Positions 31,061 through 46,916 of a stretch of DNA of 64,000 nucleotides are shown here, piece by piece. This DNA comes from the human T2T-CHM13v2.0 reference genome, Homo sapiens. Position numbers and translations under genes: made by a program. The DNA lies in the NCBI RefSeq assembly GCF_009914755.1, contig NC_060927.1; one strand, 5' to 3'. The notes beneath the pieces are model-generated. The model had not been told where the DNA came from. It worked only from the letters and a program-made list of their open reading frames with translations, and made no database searches. The stretch's first letter is position 1. Every line of letters starts with the position of its first letter.

Positions 31061-32229
31061 GGGAATGAAGGGGAGGAAAATTAATTATTGCTAGATAAAC
31101 TAGGAAGGCTTTATAAAGAAATGCATGATTAGGTGCTTCAGGAACAAGTCAGATTTAAACACAAGAAAGTAAGGGAAGGGCACTGTGGTTTGAATGAGCT
31201 GTGAGAGCCAAAACTCTAAATGCAGGAGAAAGCATGTCTCTTCTGGTCTATGGTCAGGCATTTACTGTGGGTGAAAAACAGATTTCAGAGCCATCATAGT
31301 TTGGCTGGCAATAAAATTATTTTGTGAGCACATCATGGAGGCCTGGTTCTGTAGGCTCTAGAAGGAGAGACTCTTGTGTGTGTGAGAAAACACCAATATT
31401 GTGGGTGGGTACAATAAGTAAAGAGATAGAAGAAAAGAAACCAGGTAGTGAGTTATGACAATAGTGTAATGTGGGCTTCAATTAGGGTGAAGTGGTAGAA
31501 ACAGGAAAAGAAAAGGTGGAGGGAAGATTGAAGGGCACTCCAGTGGTCATTGTTTCCTAAGGAGGCCCAGTAGTGCTGCCTTTATATAACTTTCTATTTG
31601 ATTACCATCACAGAGGAATCCTGAGGAATCTCATAAAAAATTTTCATTATAACTCTATTTACTCACTATTTTGGGAAGATAGGGGAAATGTATTAAAATT
31701 ACAGCAAGAGTAAATGCGGTACTTTTCACTTATTCAGATTATTTTTTATTTTATATAGATACATTATGAAATCCAAGTTTGAATTGTAAAGCTTTGGCTT
31801 TTTGAAGCTTTTGAAGTAAATGTGACTTGCTGTATTACACACAGCTATGACTTCCTATATTTCTAGCTTGTGCACCTAGCATATTTGATAGAGCAGATTT
31901 TTTTAAATATCCTCTCTTCTATATAACAAGATTACTTTTTAGTAATAGGGTAATATCAGTAATATTATTACTTTTTGATTTGTTCTTTAGGTTCAAAACA
32001 ACAATGAAATTAGAGTACATTTTAATTTTAAGGTTTAATTCAAATATTATAAATTGTTCTACAAATGCAATAAAATTAATAGTAAGCAAATGAAAATGTT
32101 ACACCTTAGAATTTGTACTGTTTCATTGATTTAAATACAAATAAAATTCCAAGTAGGCTCATAGGATGACAGAATTAAGGTAATTTAAGTTCTGATTCTT
32201 CTTTACAAAGACTGCACTACTATTGCTTA

Positions 32230-32619
<390 letters not shown>

Positions 32620-33643
32620 TTACACTTGTAATGAGTATGTGTAGTTTAGTTCTTATCTATTAGAGATTAGGTCTTATCTATTAGAAATAAGTGGAAGTTA
32701 ATTGTATGTTGGTTGTTCTCCAAACTTCCATGCAGAATACCATGTTTATGAAAGGGTGCATAATTGCCAATTTGGAACTCATGTGTAGTATTAAACTCAA
32801 TAATAACTATATAGTTGTTTAGACATTAGACCAGTAAAATATTTTTAGGATGTTTTGTCATTGAAATTTGGTGGGTATGTGGTGATCATAAAAAGCTAAT
32901 GAACATATTATCAGCCTTATGAATGGTTTTGGATTATCTGCAGGCAGTGCACTCCTTAATTGCCTGTGCCTGGAAAAGACTGCTTCCTCTGCCCTACCTT
33001 TGTCTGCCTAATGCACTGCCTTGACTAACACCTTTTTTCTTGTGAAATGACTTTTTCCTTCACCCTGCCTTCTGACATATGTCTTCATTACCCTTCCATT
33101 CTCAATCAGATACCACCTACATTATTTGATTTCCATGACTGAATGCTGTCTCCTTCCTTTGAACTCACAGTGTACTATTTTCATTACTCTATAGACCACC
33201 TAGTAATATTAACTTTGCAAGGATCGTTGCTGAGAGTACAGTCGTACTTATTTTTCATTTTTCAGCACCTAGAATTGAACACTTATTATCAATCAGCCAA
33301 ACCAGTCTGTACACACTTGATATTGCTTAAACCAAAAGGAAACTATTACAGTGACCCCATTTGTTTTTGCTTTGTCGTCGTTGTTATAGAGACTTAAAAA
33401 TAGGATTTGGGGGATATTACGTGAAAGCCTTTAACTCAATATGCATACTTAATTTCATATTTGGTTCTGGAAAAGTCTAAACTTCTTTAACATTTCTATC
33501 TTCCTCCAGAACAACATCCAGCCTCACTGCTCTTCTCTTACTATCTTACTAATGTCTGCAATTTTTCTTCTACATATATTTTTAAAGTGCTGTGAATTAG
33601 TTTTTTTACACTCAGTGTCTAGTAAGAATTACCAGTAGATTTT

Positions 33644-33945
33644 GGCCGGGCATGGTGGCTCATGCCTATAATCCCAGTACTTTGGGAGGCCGAGGTGGGC
33701 GGATCACAAGGTCAGGAGTTCAACACCAGCCTGACCAACATGGTGAAACCCTATCTCTACTAAAAAATACAAAAAAAATTATCTGGGCATGATGGCACGT
33801 GCCTGTAATCACAGCTACTCAGGAGGCTGAGGGAGGAGAATCACTTCAACCCAGGAGGAGGTTGCAGTGAGCTGAGATACTGCCATTGCACTCCAGCCTG
33901 GGCGACAGAGCGAGACTCCATCTCAAAAAAAAAAAAAAAAAAAAA
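33644..33945 (+). mobile_element. Alu (AluSg-like), full length
   Basis: 'ggatcacaaggtcaggagttc' shows the 2-bp deletion; perfect 20-bp TSD aagaattaccagtagatttt (33624-33643 and 33946-33965). Confidence 0.95.
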
Positions 33946-34388
33946 AAGAATTACCAGTAGATTTTATAATTACTTTTGTCACTGTTTTATACATTTCATT
34001 TCTTCTTTCCGTGTTTTTTTTTTTACTTCTTCTTTCCATGGTTTTTTTTTTTTTCTTCCTGAAGAATGTCCTTTAGTAATTCTTGCAGGGAGTATCTATT
34101 GCCAGTGAACACTCCTTAGTTGCATGTATGGAGGGTTCTTTGTCTTATCATCACTGATGAAACTTAGTTTAGCTGGGGGCAGAAAATTTTAGACTGTTAG
34201 TTACTACTTCTCAGCATTTTTGAATATTCTGGCTGCTGTTGTAGTTGATGAGATATATGCTGCCAGTTTAAGCATCAGTTGCCAATAGATAATTTATCTT
34301 TTGTCTTAGGAGGCTTTTAAAGTTTTCTCTTTATCCTTAATGCATTCTAGTTTTATTGTAATGCATTTAAATATGAATTTACTTTTAA

Positions 34389-34757
<369 letters not shown>

Positions 34758-34887
34758 ACATTTTATTTCAGTTCTTAAAAATTCTTAGGCATCATTATGA
34801 TTCTTTTTAAAAATATTGGTTTTTCACCATTCTCTCAACTTGCTACTTCTGGAACTCCTGTTAGTGATGTGTGGGAGCAGAGAGACA

Positions 34888-35190
34888 TTAGTAGTGCTCA
34901 CCAATATTGGAATAGTTATTCCTTCAAGGACATATGTGTGACTATACCTCTTAGGCCCTTGCAGTTAAGCAGAGCTATGTAACTAATTATGGACAATAAA
35001 ATGTGAGAGAAGTGATGTGTGTTATTGCCAAGTTGAAGCAAGGAAAAGCCCCTGCGCAACTCTCTAGTCTCTCTTTTCTTCTGCTTTAGCAATTACGACA
35101 GAGGGCCTGAATGAATGGTAAACTTCTATGAAGATACTGATATTTGGGAATATTTGCTACTGCAATGTTGACTCTCTTATCCTGAGTAAA
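34888..35190 (+). mobile_element. MaLR LTR (MLT1I/J-like)
   Basis: 'cccttgcagttaagcagagctatgtaact...ggacaataaaatgtgagagaagtgatgtgtgt'. Confidence 0.6.
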
Positions 35191-37018
35191 ATAGAAAGCC
35201 TCTCAAGCTAATCCGCATGTTACCTAAAATTCTCTTACATAGTTGTCATTTACTTGTTTCTCTGGTATAATCTTTCAGTTCAGTAATTTTTTCTTTAGCT
35301 GTGTTCAGCTCAGGATTAGTCTCTTTTCCAGTTTTAATTTTAGTTATGGTAATTTTCTTTCTAGCATTTATAACTCCATCATAACCACATTCTCAGTTTA
35401 TAATAATAATTTACAGTCTTTTATACTTGAATTATGTTATTTCTATTTATTTCTACAAGTATTTTATACAGTTATTTGTACATTGTTTTCAGATTTTTAT
35501 TATTTGCATTTCCCCAAAATGAACTCTCTCAATTGTTTAGAATGTGAGCTGTATTTTGTGGCATTTTCCTCATATGAGATTAAATTTTTGTTTGCTAATT
35601 CCTTTTGAGTAACAGATTTTTAGTTGTGGTTCTTGTTGCTCTTGTTTGTTTTGTATTTCTTTTCTCCTGGAGGTTCTATATATTGCCTACTAGTTTTACC
35701 ATTACCTGCATCCAGCTCCTCTCTATTCAGAACTAGGCCATGCACTGGCATTTTGGGTCTCCAGTCTGGCAGGGGTACTGATATTTTACAAGTCTTGTGG
35801 CTAACTCAGAGAATAACAGGACCCAGAACGAGAAGTAATCTTGGCTCCAATTGCTGCCCTGACTGCAGCTTGACATAGTCTCAGCCCTGGGTAATAGTTA
35901 CTATTTTTTGTCGAGGCTCCTCTCATAAATCAGGGAAACTAAACCCAACCTCTGGTTTTACATCCTGAGTCTAGCCCCTATCTCTTGACACAGACGGAGC
36001 ACTTTGAGTTCCTGTTATTCTCCTCCCTCACCCCATTTTGAAATTTCTTATTTCCAGTCCAAGAGCCTAGTAAGTTATACTGCTGTTTTGCATTTCTGTT
36101 ATAGAATGTTGATCTTGTTTCTGAGTTCAGTTGTCTTTTTCAATATTATACATAATATACATAAATATATAAATATCTGTCTGTATGTGTATATGTGTGC
36201 ATGTTTCATTGCTTTGGATCTGAAGGGGAGGGAATGAGTGTTTATACTTGCACTCAAAATTCCATCTTAATAAGGAGTCAAAGTCTAATTCAAATGAGGT
36301 TAGTTCTCTGGCTCATGATATGGTGATCCTTCTTTTATTACCAATTACAGATACTTCATTTTGATTGAGTTCCCTTCCAGGGGATTTCACTTAATTTTTT
36401 AAAGATTCTCTGAGAAATGAGGAGTGTTTTGGTGTGCATTGAGGCAAATGATTGAGTCTGAAAGGCCATCATAGTAGCCTCATGAGAATCATTAAAAGCA
36501 CCTACCACTCAACTTTGTCCTTTGCTAAAGCAAATGGGTATATGGATTAACTCAGCATTTAAGTCTTCCTATACTTTTTGACCCTTCATTTAGTAGTAGA
36601 ATTAATCATAACTTAAGAGAAAGATAAATGAAGAGATGTGAGAACATCAGGAGTAAAATCACTTAATAAAATCTTGGTGGAGCTAGTGAAGATTATGACA
36701 CATTCATTTTCTGTGTTACTGTGGGTAGGATGAAATCAGATTTTATTTTATTGTATATGGGTGCCACTCTCTGAGGTTGCATAGAATATAAAATGCAGTG
36801 TTTTTCAAAGGAGTGTCCACGGAGATAGAACAATGTTTTAGTTTCAAGATTAGCTTTTCTTTTATCTGTCTTTTGCTGAGTGTTTACTAACACACATGTG
36901 TCTACTTTGGGAATATTTTATAGGGAATCATAACATCTAAAACAATTTCAGGGATAATTTTTCACATTGTCACAGAATACCTTTTTTTACTAAAACACTT
37001 TAAAAAAATAAGCTGTCT

Positions 37019-37339
<321 letters not shown>

Positions 37340-37418
37340 TTATCTAAAAAAAAATACTTTACAATGGATAATCATTTTGTGGAAATAGTTTTAAAACATA
37401 TGGCTTACATTTTACCTC

Positions 37419-37855
37419 TGTACTGAGTTGAATAGTGTTTCCACAAACTTCATGTCTACCCAGAACCTGTGACTTATTTGGAAATGAGGTGTTTGCAGAT
37501 GTATTCAAATTAAAATGAGGTCATACCTTATTAGAGTGAGTACTAATTCAGTGATCAGTAGGAACAGGGAAATTTGGATACAGACACAGACAGAGGAGAG
37601 TGACATGTGAAGAAAGGGACAGATTGGAGTGATGTATATACAGGCCAAGGAATGCCTAAGATTGCTAGCAATCATCAGAAGCTAGGATAGAGGCATGGAA
37701 AAGGTTTTCTCTCAGAGGCTCCGGAAGGAACCAACCCTGCTGATGCCTTGGTTTTGGACTTCTAGCTACCAGAACTGTGAGAGAATAAATTTCTGCTGTC
37801 TTAAGCCTCCCAGTTTGCAGCACTTTTGTTGTGGAAACCCTAGGAAACTAATATA
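37419..37855 (+). mobile_element. MaLR solo LTR (MLT1B/C-like)
   Basis: 'gtgacttatttggaaatgagg', 'gccaaggaatgcc', 'ccagaactgtgagagaataaatttctgctg', 'ctaggaaactaata'. Confidence 0.85.
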
Positions 37856-38999
37856 CCATTTTACACAACATATTCTAAATGTAATGCAACTTTTATCTAT
37901 GTTATAAACAATTTCTGCTTTGTTATCATGCCATGATGTTGTAAGGAACCTTTGAAGTGCATTGCATTGGATTTACCTTGCCCTTAAAGAAAGTAAACAA
38001 GGTAATTTTGCTGTCCTTGCTGGGCATTCTGTTGTCTTGTCAACAGCTATTACGTTTCTTTATATAGCTTTCCCTTTTTCTTCCTTTGTGTCTATGCAGC
38101 TGTTGCACTCCAAGAACTGAAGGTTTCCAGGAGAAAAGAGAAACCCAACCAACCAAAGTTTACTAAATCAGTTATTGAATTTCACCTGCAATTCTTAGTC
38201 TATGGGCTCAAGTTTGAGAGTCGTTGGTTTCCTAATGTATATTGGCCATAGTTGCTCTGGGAAAAATGGTGGGTGGTGGTGGTAATGCTTACTGTCAAAA
38301 ACAGATTGGGAAATGCTGCCTATGGCACTTCTCCTGTGGCAAATTTATACTCTTACAAGATATATTCAAGACTTTCAGAAGTTTTAATGTAACAAACCTT
38401 ATTTAAACTAACACTTGACACCAGAACCCTTTCTTTGTTGTCATCTATTAATATCTCATGATTCTACAGAAATCACTTTGAGGAACACATTTAAAGAGAA
38501 AAATGTCTGTTCCTTACTAAGCAGTTTTCTCTAAGCTCACAGCTGACACATTTTTTGGGGCTTTCAACTCAGACTTTGTTTTGAATATTTGAGGTTACCA
38601 AAAGCAGGAGGGTCAGAAACATGATGAGTTATTCTAATTTGTTTTTAACAGTAATTAATCTTCCTAAAGTACTCTTTATTTAGATAGGATTTTGTTTGTT
38701 GTTTCTTTGGGGCCATTTTGTATGTATTTTCCTGTCACAATCTAGGTGCTAAGAAAGATTAAATAAACTTCTGTTTGGAAAATTCTGTGTAAAACTGAAG
38801 TCAAAAACAGATAAGCAGACATTAGAGTTGGACTACCTGTTTTCTATCTGTATATTTAGTCCTTCACATTTCCCATGGTGTCTTGTTTTTGAGTTAATTA
38901 TGTGGCATCATGTCATATATCTAATTATTTTAATTCAGAAACCAAACAGGGTTGCTGAAGTAGTGCTGCTGCTAGTCTCTTGAGGAGTGGGAACAAGTT

Positions 39000-39600
39000 A
39001 TTCATGCATTCAGTCAAACAGCCTGATAAACCATCTTCGTGTCAAGTGTTGATCTAGGTGCTGGGGATACAGCAAGTGACAAAACATGCAAATTCCTGGC
39101 TCTATAATAGCACATATCCAAGTATGGAGAGACCAAAAATAAATGATACACCAGTAAGATTGCTAGTACGAGTTGGTTATAAGCATTATGAAGAAAAATA
39201 AAGTAGGCCTGGGCAAGAGGAATACAGGTGAGAGTGAGTGAAAGTTTGCCATTTGAATGATGATGGTCAGAAAAGGTATCGCTGAGATGGTAAAATGTGA
39301 CAAGACACCCAAAGAAGGAAGGGAATAATCCATGTGGCTTGGAGTGAGACAGTGTTCTAGAAGGAGGGAACAACCAATGCGAAGGCTCAGAAGCAGGAGT
39401 GTCTGTGGTTGACTTAGTAACAGCACAGGCTAGTATCTATAGAGCAGAAGGGATGGGGGTGAAGAGGTGGGGTCATTGTGGGGGCCTTTAAGGCCTCTCT
39501 AAAAATTTTTGCTTCTCCCTTGAGTGGCATAGGAAGTCATTGGAGGACTGTGAACTGAGAAATGATATGATCTAGCTAACATTTTTACAGGAGTATAATG
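39000..39600 (-). mobile_element. L2 3' portion
   Basis: 'ttcatgcattcagtcaaaca...ctaggtgctggggatacagca', 'ggaagtcattggaggact...tgatatgatct'. Confidence 0.8.
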
Positions 39601-40644
39601 ACCGTTAGGTTGTTGCCACCAGGCTCAAATACCACCACTCATAAAGGCATTTTTGAAATAGACTGAGGTAATTCCTCACGGAGGGGAACTGCTACTGTCA
39701 AACAGATGTCATCAGAACTATAAGAATATATTAGACTCTTTCAACATCGAGAAAATGATCAGGAATTGTAAGGAGTCACTATGGTGGGAATTTTTTTTTT
39801 TTTTAATTTGAGTTGAGAACCTGTCTGTATTCTTTTTTTACCAAAAAAATAAAGACTTGCTCAAGAAAGACATGTGTCCCTATCAGTTCTAAAAATATCA
39901 TATCTGCTCTGATGGTTAATTGCTGCCAGATTAAAAAAATTCTTATTAAAACAAGTTTTATGTTATGAGAATTGTAGGTGAATTTAGAAGCCAGAGATAC
40001 AAGAATGTCTTCAGCTTGTTTGAACGTGTTGTTGTTAAATAGAATTTTGAAAACTGATGAATAGAATAAAAAATTTATCCTGTTTTTCTCAAACTATGTC
40101 TAAGAACCAAATAATTGATTAGAAGGATAGTATTTTTATAGAAGTTTATCAATTAGTAAAGAACTGTGGTTATATGAACTATCCATTAATGAACCTACTA
40201 CTTATAAAATGTATCCCCACTCAAACATATCTTCAGTCAGATATCTGTTCTGATTCTACCCCATTGTGTCAACTCCCTTTCTGTTCGTATATCAGTATAA
40301 CATGCTTTTCTAATCAGCATGTTAGATGTGGATATATTGATTAGTAAAATGCAAATTATTTCTGAATGAAAGTAGTAATCACATAAAAGAAATGGGATTT
40401 TATAAAGTTCAAAAAAGTGGTCCTGGAGAACCATTTGAGCCTTTCTCAAAATTATTAATAAACAGTGGTCTAACAGAGTTATACTAGTTATCATTTGAAG
40501 AAGAAAACCATCATGGATTATCAAAGATAATGCTTTTAAAGTGAAAGTTTTGAATGCCAAATCAATAATAATACATAATAATAGTTATCAATTATTTAAT
40601 GCATACCCTATGCTGAGTATTGTTCCAAGTGCTTTCTATGCAGT

Positions 40645-41035
40645 CTCAGTTGGAATATTGGTTTGGCTGAGTGTGGCAAAGGATCACAATAATAGGAGTT
40701 TAGATAAGCTAGAAGTTTATTTTTTATTTTTAAAGTGTAAACTGATAGAATGGCTTGGCTCCGCACAGTTCTGAGGCCTAGGCTCCTTCCATGCTGTTGC
40801 TTTGCTTTCCTAGTGTTTGACTCATTGGTACAATTCAAGAACTATCACTCTCTTGCATGCACTTCTCGGAGTCTTAGTTTTCTTCCCTGTAAGGGTCAAA
40901 ACTGGAAGTTACACATATCACTTTTGCTCATATGCCATTGTTGAGTACTTAGTCACTTGGCCATATCTAATTTCAAGGATGGCAGGGAAATGTAGTGTTT
41001 CTTCTTGGTTGCCCTGTGTCCAGGTGACCACAGGC
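40645..41035 (-). mobile_element. Old MaLR LTR (MLT1K/L-like) inserted in a minus-strand MIR (halves ~40570-40645 and ~41055-41140)
   Basis: 'atatcacttttgctcatatgccattg...acttagtcacttggccat...gggaaatgtagt'. Confidence 0.55.
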
Positions 41036-41218
41036 CTAGATTATTTTATTCCGTAGTGATAGCAATCATATTAGGTAGGTGCCATTATGATCGCTGTATT
41101 GTAAATAAGACATCTTAGACAAGAAAAAATTTTGATAATTTTCACAAAGTGAGGGAATTCTTTAAATGTTTCGCAAATATATGACTTTTGTTCTTCCTTT
41201 GCACATCTAAAGGAATGT

Positions 41219-41310
41219 CAGTGTTTCTCAAAAATTTAGTGGTAAAAGACCAGGGTTTTTTTTTTGTTGTTGTTCTTTGTGTTTTACTTAAACCATTTTA
41301 TACATATTTC
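41219..41310. mobile_element. Charlie7/MER119-like hAT element, left part
   Basis: hAT terminus 'cagtgtttctcaaa...gtggtaaaagaccag'; remainder resumes at ~49351. Confidence 0.5.
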
Positions 41311-44261
41311 AAAAATTTATAATTTTTTTTGTGGTTACATAGTAGATGTATGTATTTATGGGGTACATCAGATATTATGATACAGGCATGCAATACATAG
41401 TAATCACATCATGGAAAATGGGATCTCCATTCCTTCATGCATTTATCCTTTGTGTTACAAACAATCCAATTATACTCTTTTTTTGTTCTTTTAAAATATA
41501 CAATTAAATAATTATTGACTATAGTCACTCTTTGTGCTATCAAATACTAGGTCTTATTCATTTTAACTATTTTTCACCCTTTAGCCATCCCCACCTTCCC
41601 CCACCAGTCCCCCACTACTCTTCCCAGCCTCTGGTAACCATCCTTCTACTCTTTATGTCCATGAGTTCAATTGTTTTGATTTTTAGATCCCACAAATAAG
41701 TGAGAACGTGTTTGTCTTTCTGTGCCTGGCTTATTTCACTTAACATAGTGATATCCAGTTGCATCCATGTTGACACAAATGACAGGATCTGATTCCTTTT
41801 TAATGGCTGAATAGTACTCCATTGTGTATAAGCATCACATTTTCTTTTTCCATTCATATGTTGATGGACACTTAGGTTGCTTCCAAATTTTGGTTACTGT
41901 GAACAGTGCTAAAACAAACATGGGTGTGCAGATACCTCTTTGATATACTGATTTTCTTTCTTTTGGATATATACCCAGCAGTGGGATTGCTGGAGCATAT
42001 GGTAGCTCTATTTTTAGTTTTTTGAGGAACCTCCAAACTGTTCTTCATAATGGTTGTACTAATTTACATTCTCACCAACAGTGTATGAGGGTTCCCTTTT
42101 CTCCACATCCTTGCCAGTATTTTTTATTGCTTGTCTTTTGGATAAAAGCCATTTTAACTGGGGTGAGATGATATCTCATTGGAGTTTTGATTTGTACTTC
42201 TCTGAAGATCAATGATGTTGAGAACCTTTTCATAGGCCTCTTTGTAACTTGTATGTCTTCTTTTGAGAAATGTCTATTCAAATCTTATGCCCATTTTTAA
42301 ATCAAATTTTTAGATTTTTTCCTGTTGAGATGTTTGAGCTCCTTACATATTCTGGTTATTGATCCCTTGTCAGAGGGGTAGTTTGCACATATTTTCTTCC
42401 ATTCTGTGGATTGTGTCTTCACTTTGTTGATGGTTTTTTGGACTGTGCAGAGGCTTTTGAATTTGATGTGATCCCATTTACTCATTTCCGATTTGGTTGC
42501 CTGTGCTTGTAGGATATTTCTCAAAAAATGTTTGGCCAGACCAATGTCCTGGAGAGTTTTCCAATGTTTTCTTGTAGTAGTTTCATAACTTGAGGTCTTG
42601 GATTTATGTCTTTAAATCATTTTAATTTGATTTTTGTATATTGTGAGAGATATCAGTGTAATTTTGTTCTTCTCCTTATGGATATCCAGTTTTCCCAGCA
42701 TTTATTAAAAAGGCTGTCTTATTCCCAATGTATGTTCTTGGCACCTTTGTCAAAAATGAGTTAACTGTAGGTGTGTGGATTCGTTTCTGGGTTCTCTATT
42801 CTGTTCCATTTGTCCATTTGTCTGTTTTTATGCCAATACCATGCTGTTTGGGGTTACTATATCTCTGTAGTATAATTTGAGGTCAGGTAATGTGATTCCT
42901 TCAGTCATGTTCTTTTTGCTTTGGCCATTCTGGGTCTTTTGTGATTCCATATTAGTCTTAGGATTGTTTTTTCTATTTCTCTTGTGAAGAATGTTATTGG
43001 TATTTTCATAGAAATTGCATTGGATCTGTAGATTGCTTTGGGTAGTATGGATATTTTAACAGTATTGATTCTTCTGATCCATAAATATAGAATATCTTTC
43101 CAATTTTTGGTGAACTCTTCAACTTCTTTCATCAGCCTTTCACGGTTTTCATTGTAGAGATCCTTCACTTTTTTGCTTAACTTAATTCCTAGGTATTTAA
43201 TTTTATTTGTGGCTACTGTAAATTGAATTACTTTTTTATTTCCTTTTTACATTGTTCACTGTTGGCATATAGAAATTTTACTAATTTTTGTATATTGATT
43301 TTGTATCCTGCAACTTTGCTGAATTTTTTATCAGTTCCAATGGTTTTTTTGCGGGATTTTTAGATTTTTTCCAAATGTAAGATTATATCTGCAAACAGGG
43401 ATCATTTAACTTCTTCCTTTACAACTTAGATGTTCTTATTTCCTTCTCTTGTCTGATTGCTTTAGTTAGAACTTCCAGTAATATGTTGACTAACAGTTGT
43501 CAAAAGTGAGCATTCTTTTCATATTCCAGTTCTTGAAGGAAAGACTTTCAATTTTTCCTCATTCAGTGTGATAATAGCTGTGGGTCTTTCATATATGACT
43601 TTTATTATGTTGAGGTATGTTTCTCCTATACCCAGTTTTTTATTTTTGAGGGCTTTTATCATGAAGGATGTTGAATTTTATCAACTGCTTTCAGCATCAA
43701 TTGAAATGATCATATGGTTTTTGTCCTTCATTCTGTTGATATGATGTATCACATTGATTGAATTGCATATGTTCAATCATCCTTATGTCCCTGGGGTAAG
43801 TCCCACTTGGTCATGATAAATGATTTTTCTAATGTTTTGATGAATTTGGTTTCTAGTATTTTGTTGAGGATTTTTGCATTACTATTCATCAGAAATTTTG
43901 GCTTGTAGTTTTCTTTTTTTTTGCTGTATCTTTATCTGGTTTTGGTACCAAGGTAAGAGTGGCCTCATAGAATTAGTTTGGAAGCATTCTTTCCTGCTTT
44001 GTTTTTCAGAACAGTTTGAGTGGGATTGGTATTCTTTAAATGTTTGGCAGAGTTCAGCAGTGAAGCCATCAGGTCTTGGGCTTTTCATTACTAGAAGACT
44101 TTTTATTATGACTTCAATCTCGTTACTGGTCTGTTCAGGTTTTGGATTTCTTCATGGTTCAATCTTGATAGGTTGTATGTCTCTAGGAATTTATCCATTT
44201 CCTGGAGATTTTCCAATTTATTGGCATATAGTTGCCATAGTAGCCACTAATGATACTTTGA

Positions 44262-44681
<420 letters not shown>

Positions 44682-46827
44682 AATTTTGATCTTTTCAAAA
44701 CACCAACTTTTTGTTTCATTGATCTTTTATATTGTGTTATTCATTTCAAATACGTTTATTTCTGCTCTAATTTTTATTATTTCTTTTCTTTTACAAATTG
44801 TGAGTTCAGCTTGCTTTTGTTATTTTTAATTCTTTAAGATGCATTTTTAGGTTATCTATTTGAATGTTTTCTTCTTTTTTGATGTGGGCACTAATAGCTA
44901 TAAATTTCCCTTTTACTACTTCTTTCACTGTATCCCATAGGTTTTGGTTTTTGATACTTCTGTTACCATTTATTTCAATAACTTTTTCAATTTTCTTAAT
45001 TTCTTCCTTGATCCACTAGTCATTCTGGAGCATATTGTTTAATTTCCATGTATTTGCATGGTTTGCAAAATTCCTCATTATTGATTTCTAGTTTTATTCC
45101 ATTATGGTCAGAGAAGATGTTTGACATTACTTCAGTTTTTTTGAATGTTTTAAGACTTATTTTGTGACCTAACATACAGTCTGTCCTTGAGCATGATCGA
45201 TATGCTGAGGAGAAGAATGTGACTTCTGTAGTGGTTGCATGACACATTCTATTAATATCTGTTAGAACCATTTGTTCTATACTGCAGATTAAGTCTACTG
45301 TTTCTTCGTTGATTTTCTGTCTAGAAGATCTGTCCAATGCTGAAAGTGGAGTGTTGGAGTCTCCAGCTGTTATTGTATCGAGGTCTATCTCTCTCTTTAG
45401 TGCTAATAATATTTGCTTTATATATCTGTGTGCCCCATTGTTGGGTGCATATATATTTAAAATTATTATATCCTCCTGCTTAATTGACCCCTTTATTATT
45501 ATATAATGACCTTCTTTGTCTCACAGTTGTCTTGAAATCTATTTTGTCTGATATAAGTATAGCTATTTTTGTCCTTTTTGGATTGCATTGTCATGGAATA
45601 TCTTTTTTCATTTCTTTAATTTTTAACCTGTGTGTATCTTTAGAGGTAAAGTGTATTTCTTGTAGACAACGGATCATTGGATCTTGTTTCTTCATTCAGC
45701 CATTCTACAGCTTTTGATTGGAGAGTTTAGCCCATTTACCTTCAATGTTATTATTGATAAGTAGGGAGTTACCTTGCCTTGCCATTTTGTTATTTGTTTT
45801 CTTTTTTTTTTTTTTTTTTTTTGTGGTCTTCTCTTTCTTCTTTCCCTGTCTTACTTTTAGTGAAGGTGATTTTCTCTGGTTGTATGATATAATTTCTTTA
45901 ATTTTTTGCTTGTCTATTGCATCGTTTTTGATTTGAGGTTACCATTAGGCTTGCAAATACTGTCCTGTAACCTATGATTTTAAACTGATGACCACTTAAC
46001 ACTGATCACATAAACACACAAAAGAAAAACTAATAAAATGCTACACTTTAACTTTTTTCCCTACTTTTTAACTTTTTGTTGTTTCTGTTTCTGTCTTATT
46101 GCACTACGTCTTGAAAAATTGTTGTAGTTATTTTTTTTTATTGGTTCATCATCTAGTCTTTCTACTTAAGAGTGGTTTACATACCATAATTACAGTGTGA
46201 TAATAATCTGTGTTTTTCTGTATGTTTACTATTACCAATGAGTTTTGTACGTTCAGATGATTTCTTCTTGTTGATTAACATCCTTTTATTACAGAATGAA
46301 GAACTTTCTTTAGCATTTCTTGTAGGATAGGTCTTGTATTGATGAAATCCCTCAGCTTTTGTTTGTCTGGGAAGGTCTTTATTTCTCCTTCATTATTAAA
46401 GGTTATTTTCTCTGGATATACTATATACAGTAAAAGTTATTTTCCTGCAACAGTTTAAATATGTCACGCCACTCTTTCCTGGTCTTAAGGTTTCCACTGA
46501 AAAGTCTCCTGTCACATGTATTGGCACTCCATTTTACGTTATTTGTTTCTTTTCTCTCACTGCTTTTAGGATCTTTTCTTTATGCTTAACCTTTGGGACT
46601 TTCATTATTAAATGTCTTGAGGTAGTCTTCTTTGGGTTAAATCTGCCTGGTGTTCTATAACCTTCTTCTACTTTGATATTGATATCTTTCCCTAGGTTTG
46701 GGAAGTTCTCCATTATTACCCCTTTTAATAAACTTTCTACCCCATATCTTTCTCTACCTCCTTGTTGTATCAAATAACTCTTAGATTTGGTTATTTGAGG
46801 CTATTTTCTAGATCATGCAGGTGTGAC

Positions 46828-46916
46828 TTTTTGTTTTTTTTGTTATTTAAGTTCTAGGCTACATGTGCACAATGTGCAGGTTTGTTACATATGTATACAT
46901 GTGCCATATTGATGTG
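46828..46916 (-). mobile_element. Very short L1PA 3'-terminal insertion inside L1MA ORF1
   Basis: T-tail then 'ttaagttctagg.tacatgtgcacaatgtgcaggtttgttacatatgtatacatgtgccat'. Confidence 0.85.

Noticed and set aside
32650-32686. Short doublet tcttatctattaga (similar doublets at ~50049-50086 and ~61098-61118)
   Set aside because: Ordinary micro-duplications with no further structure
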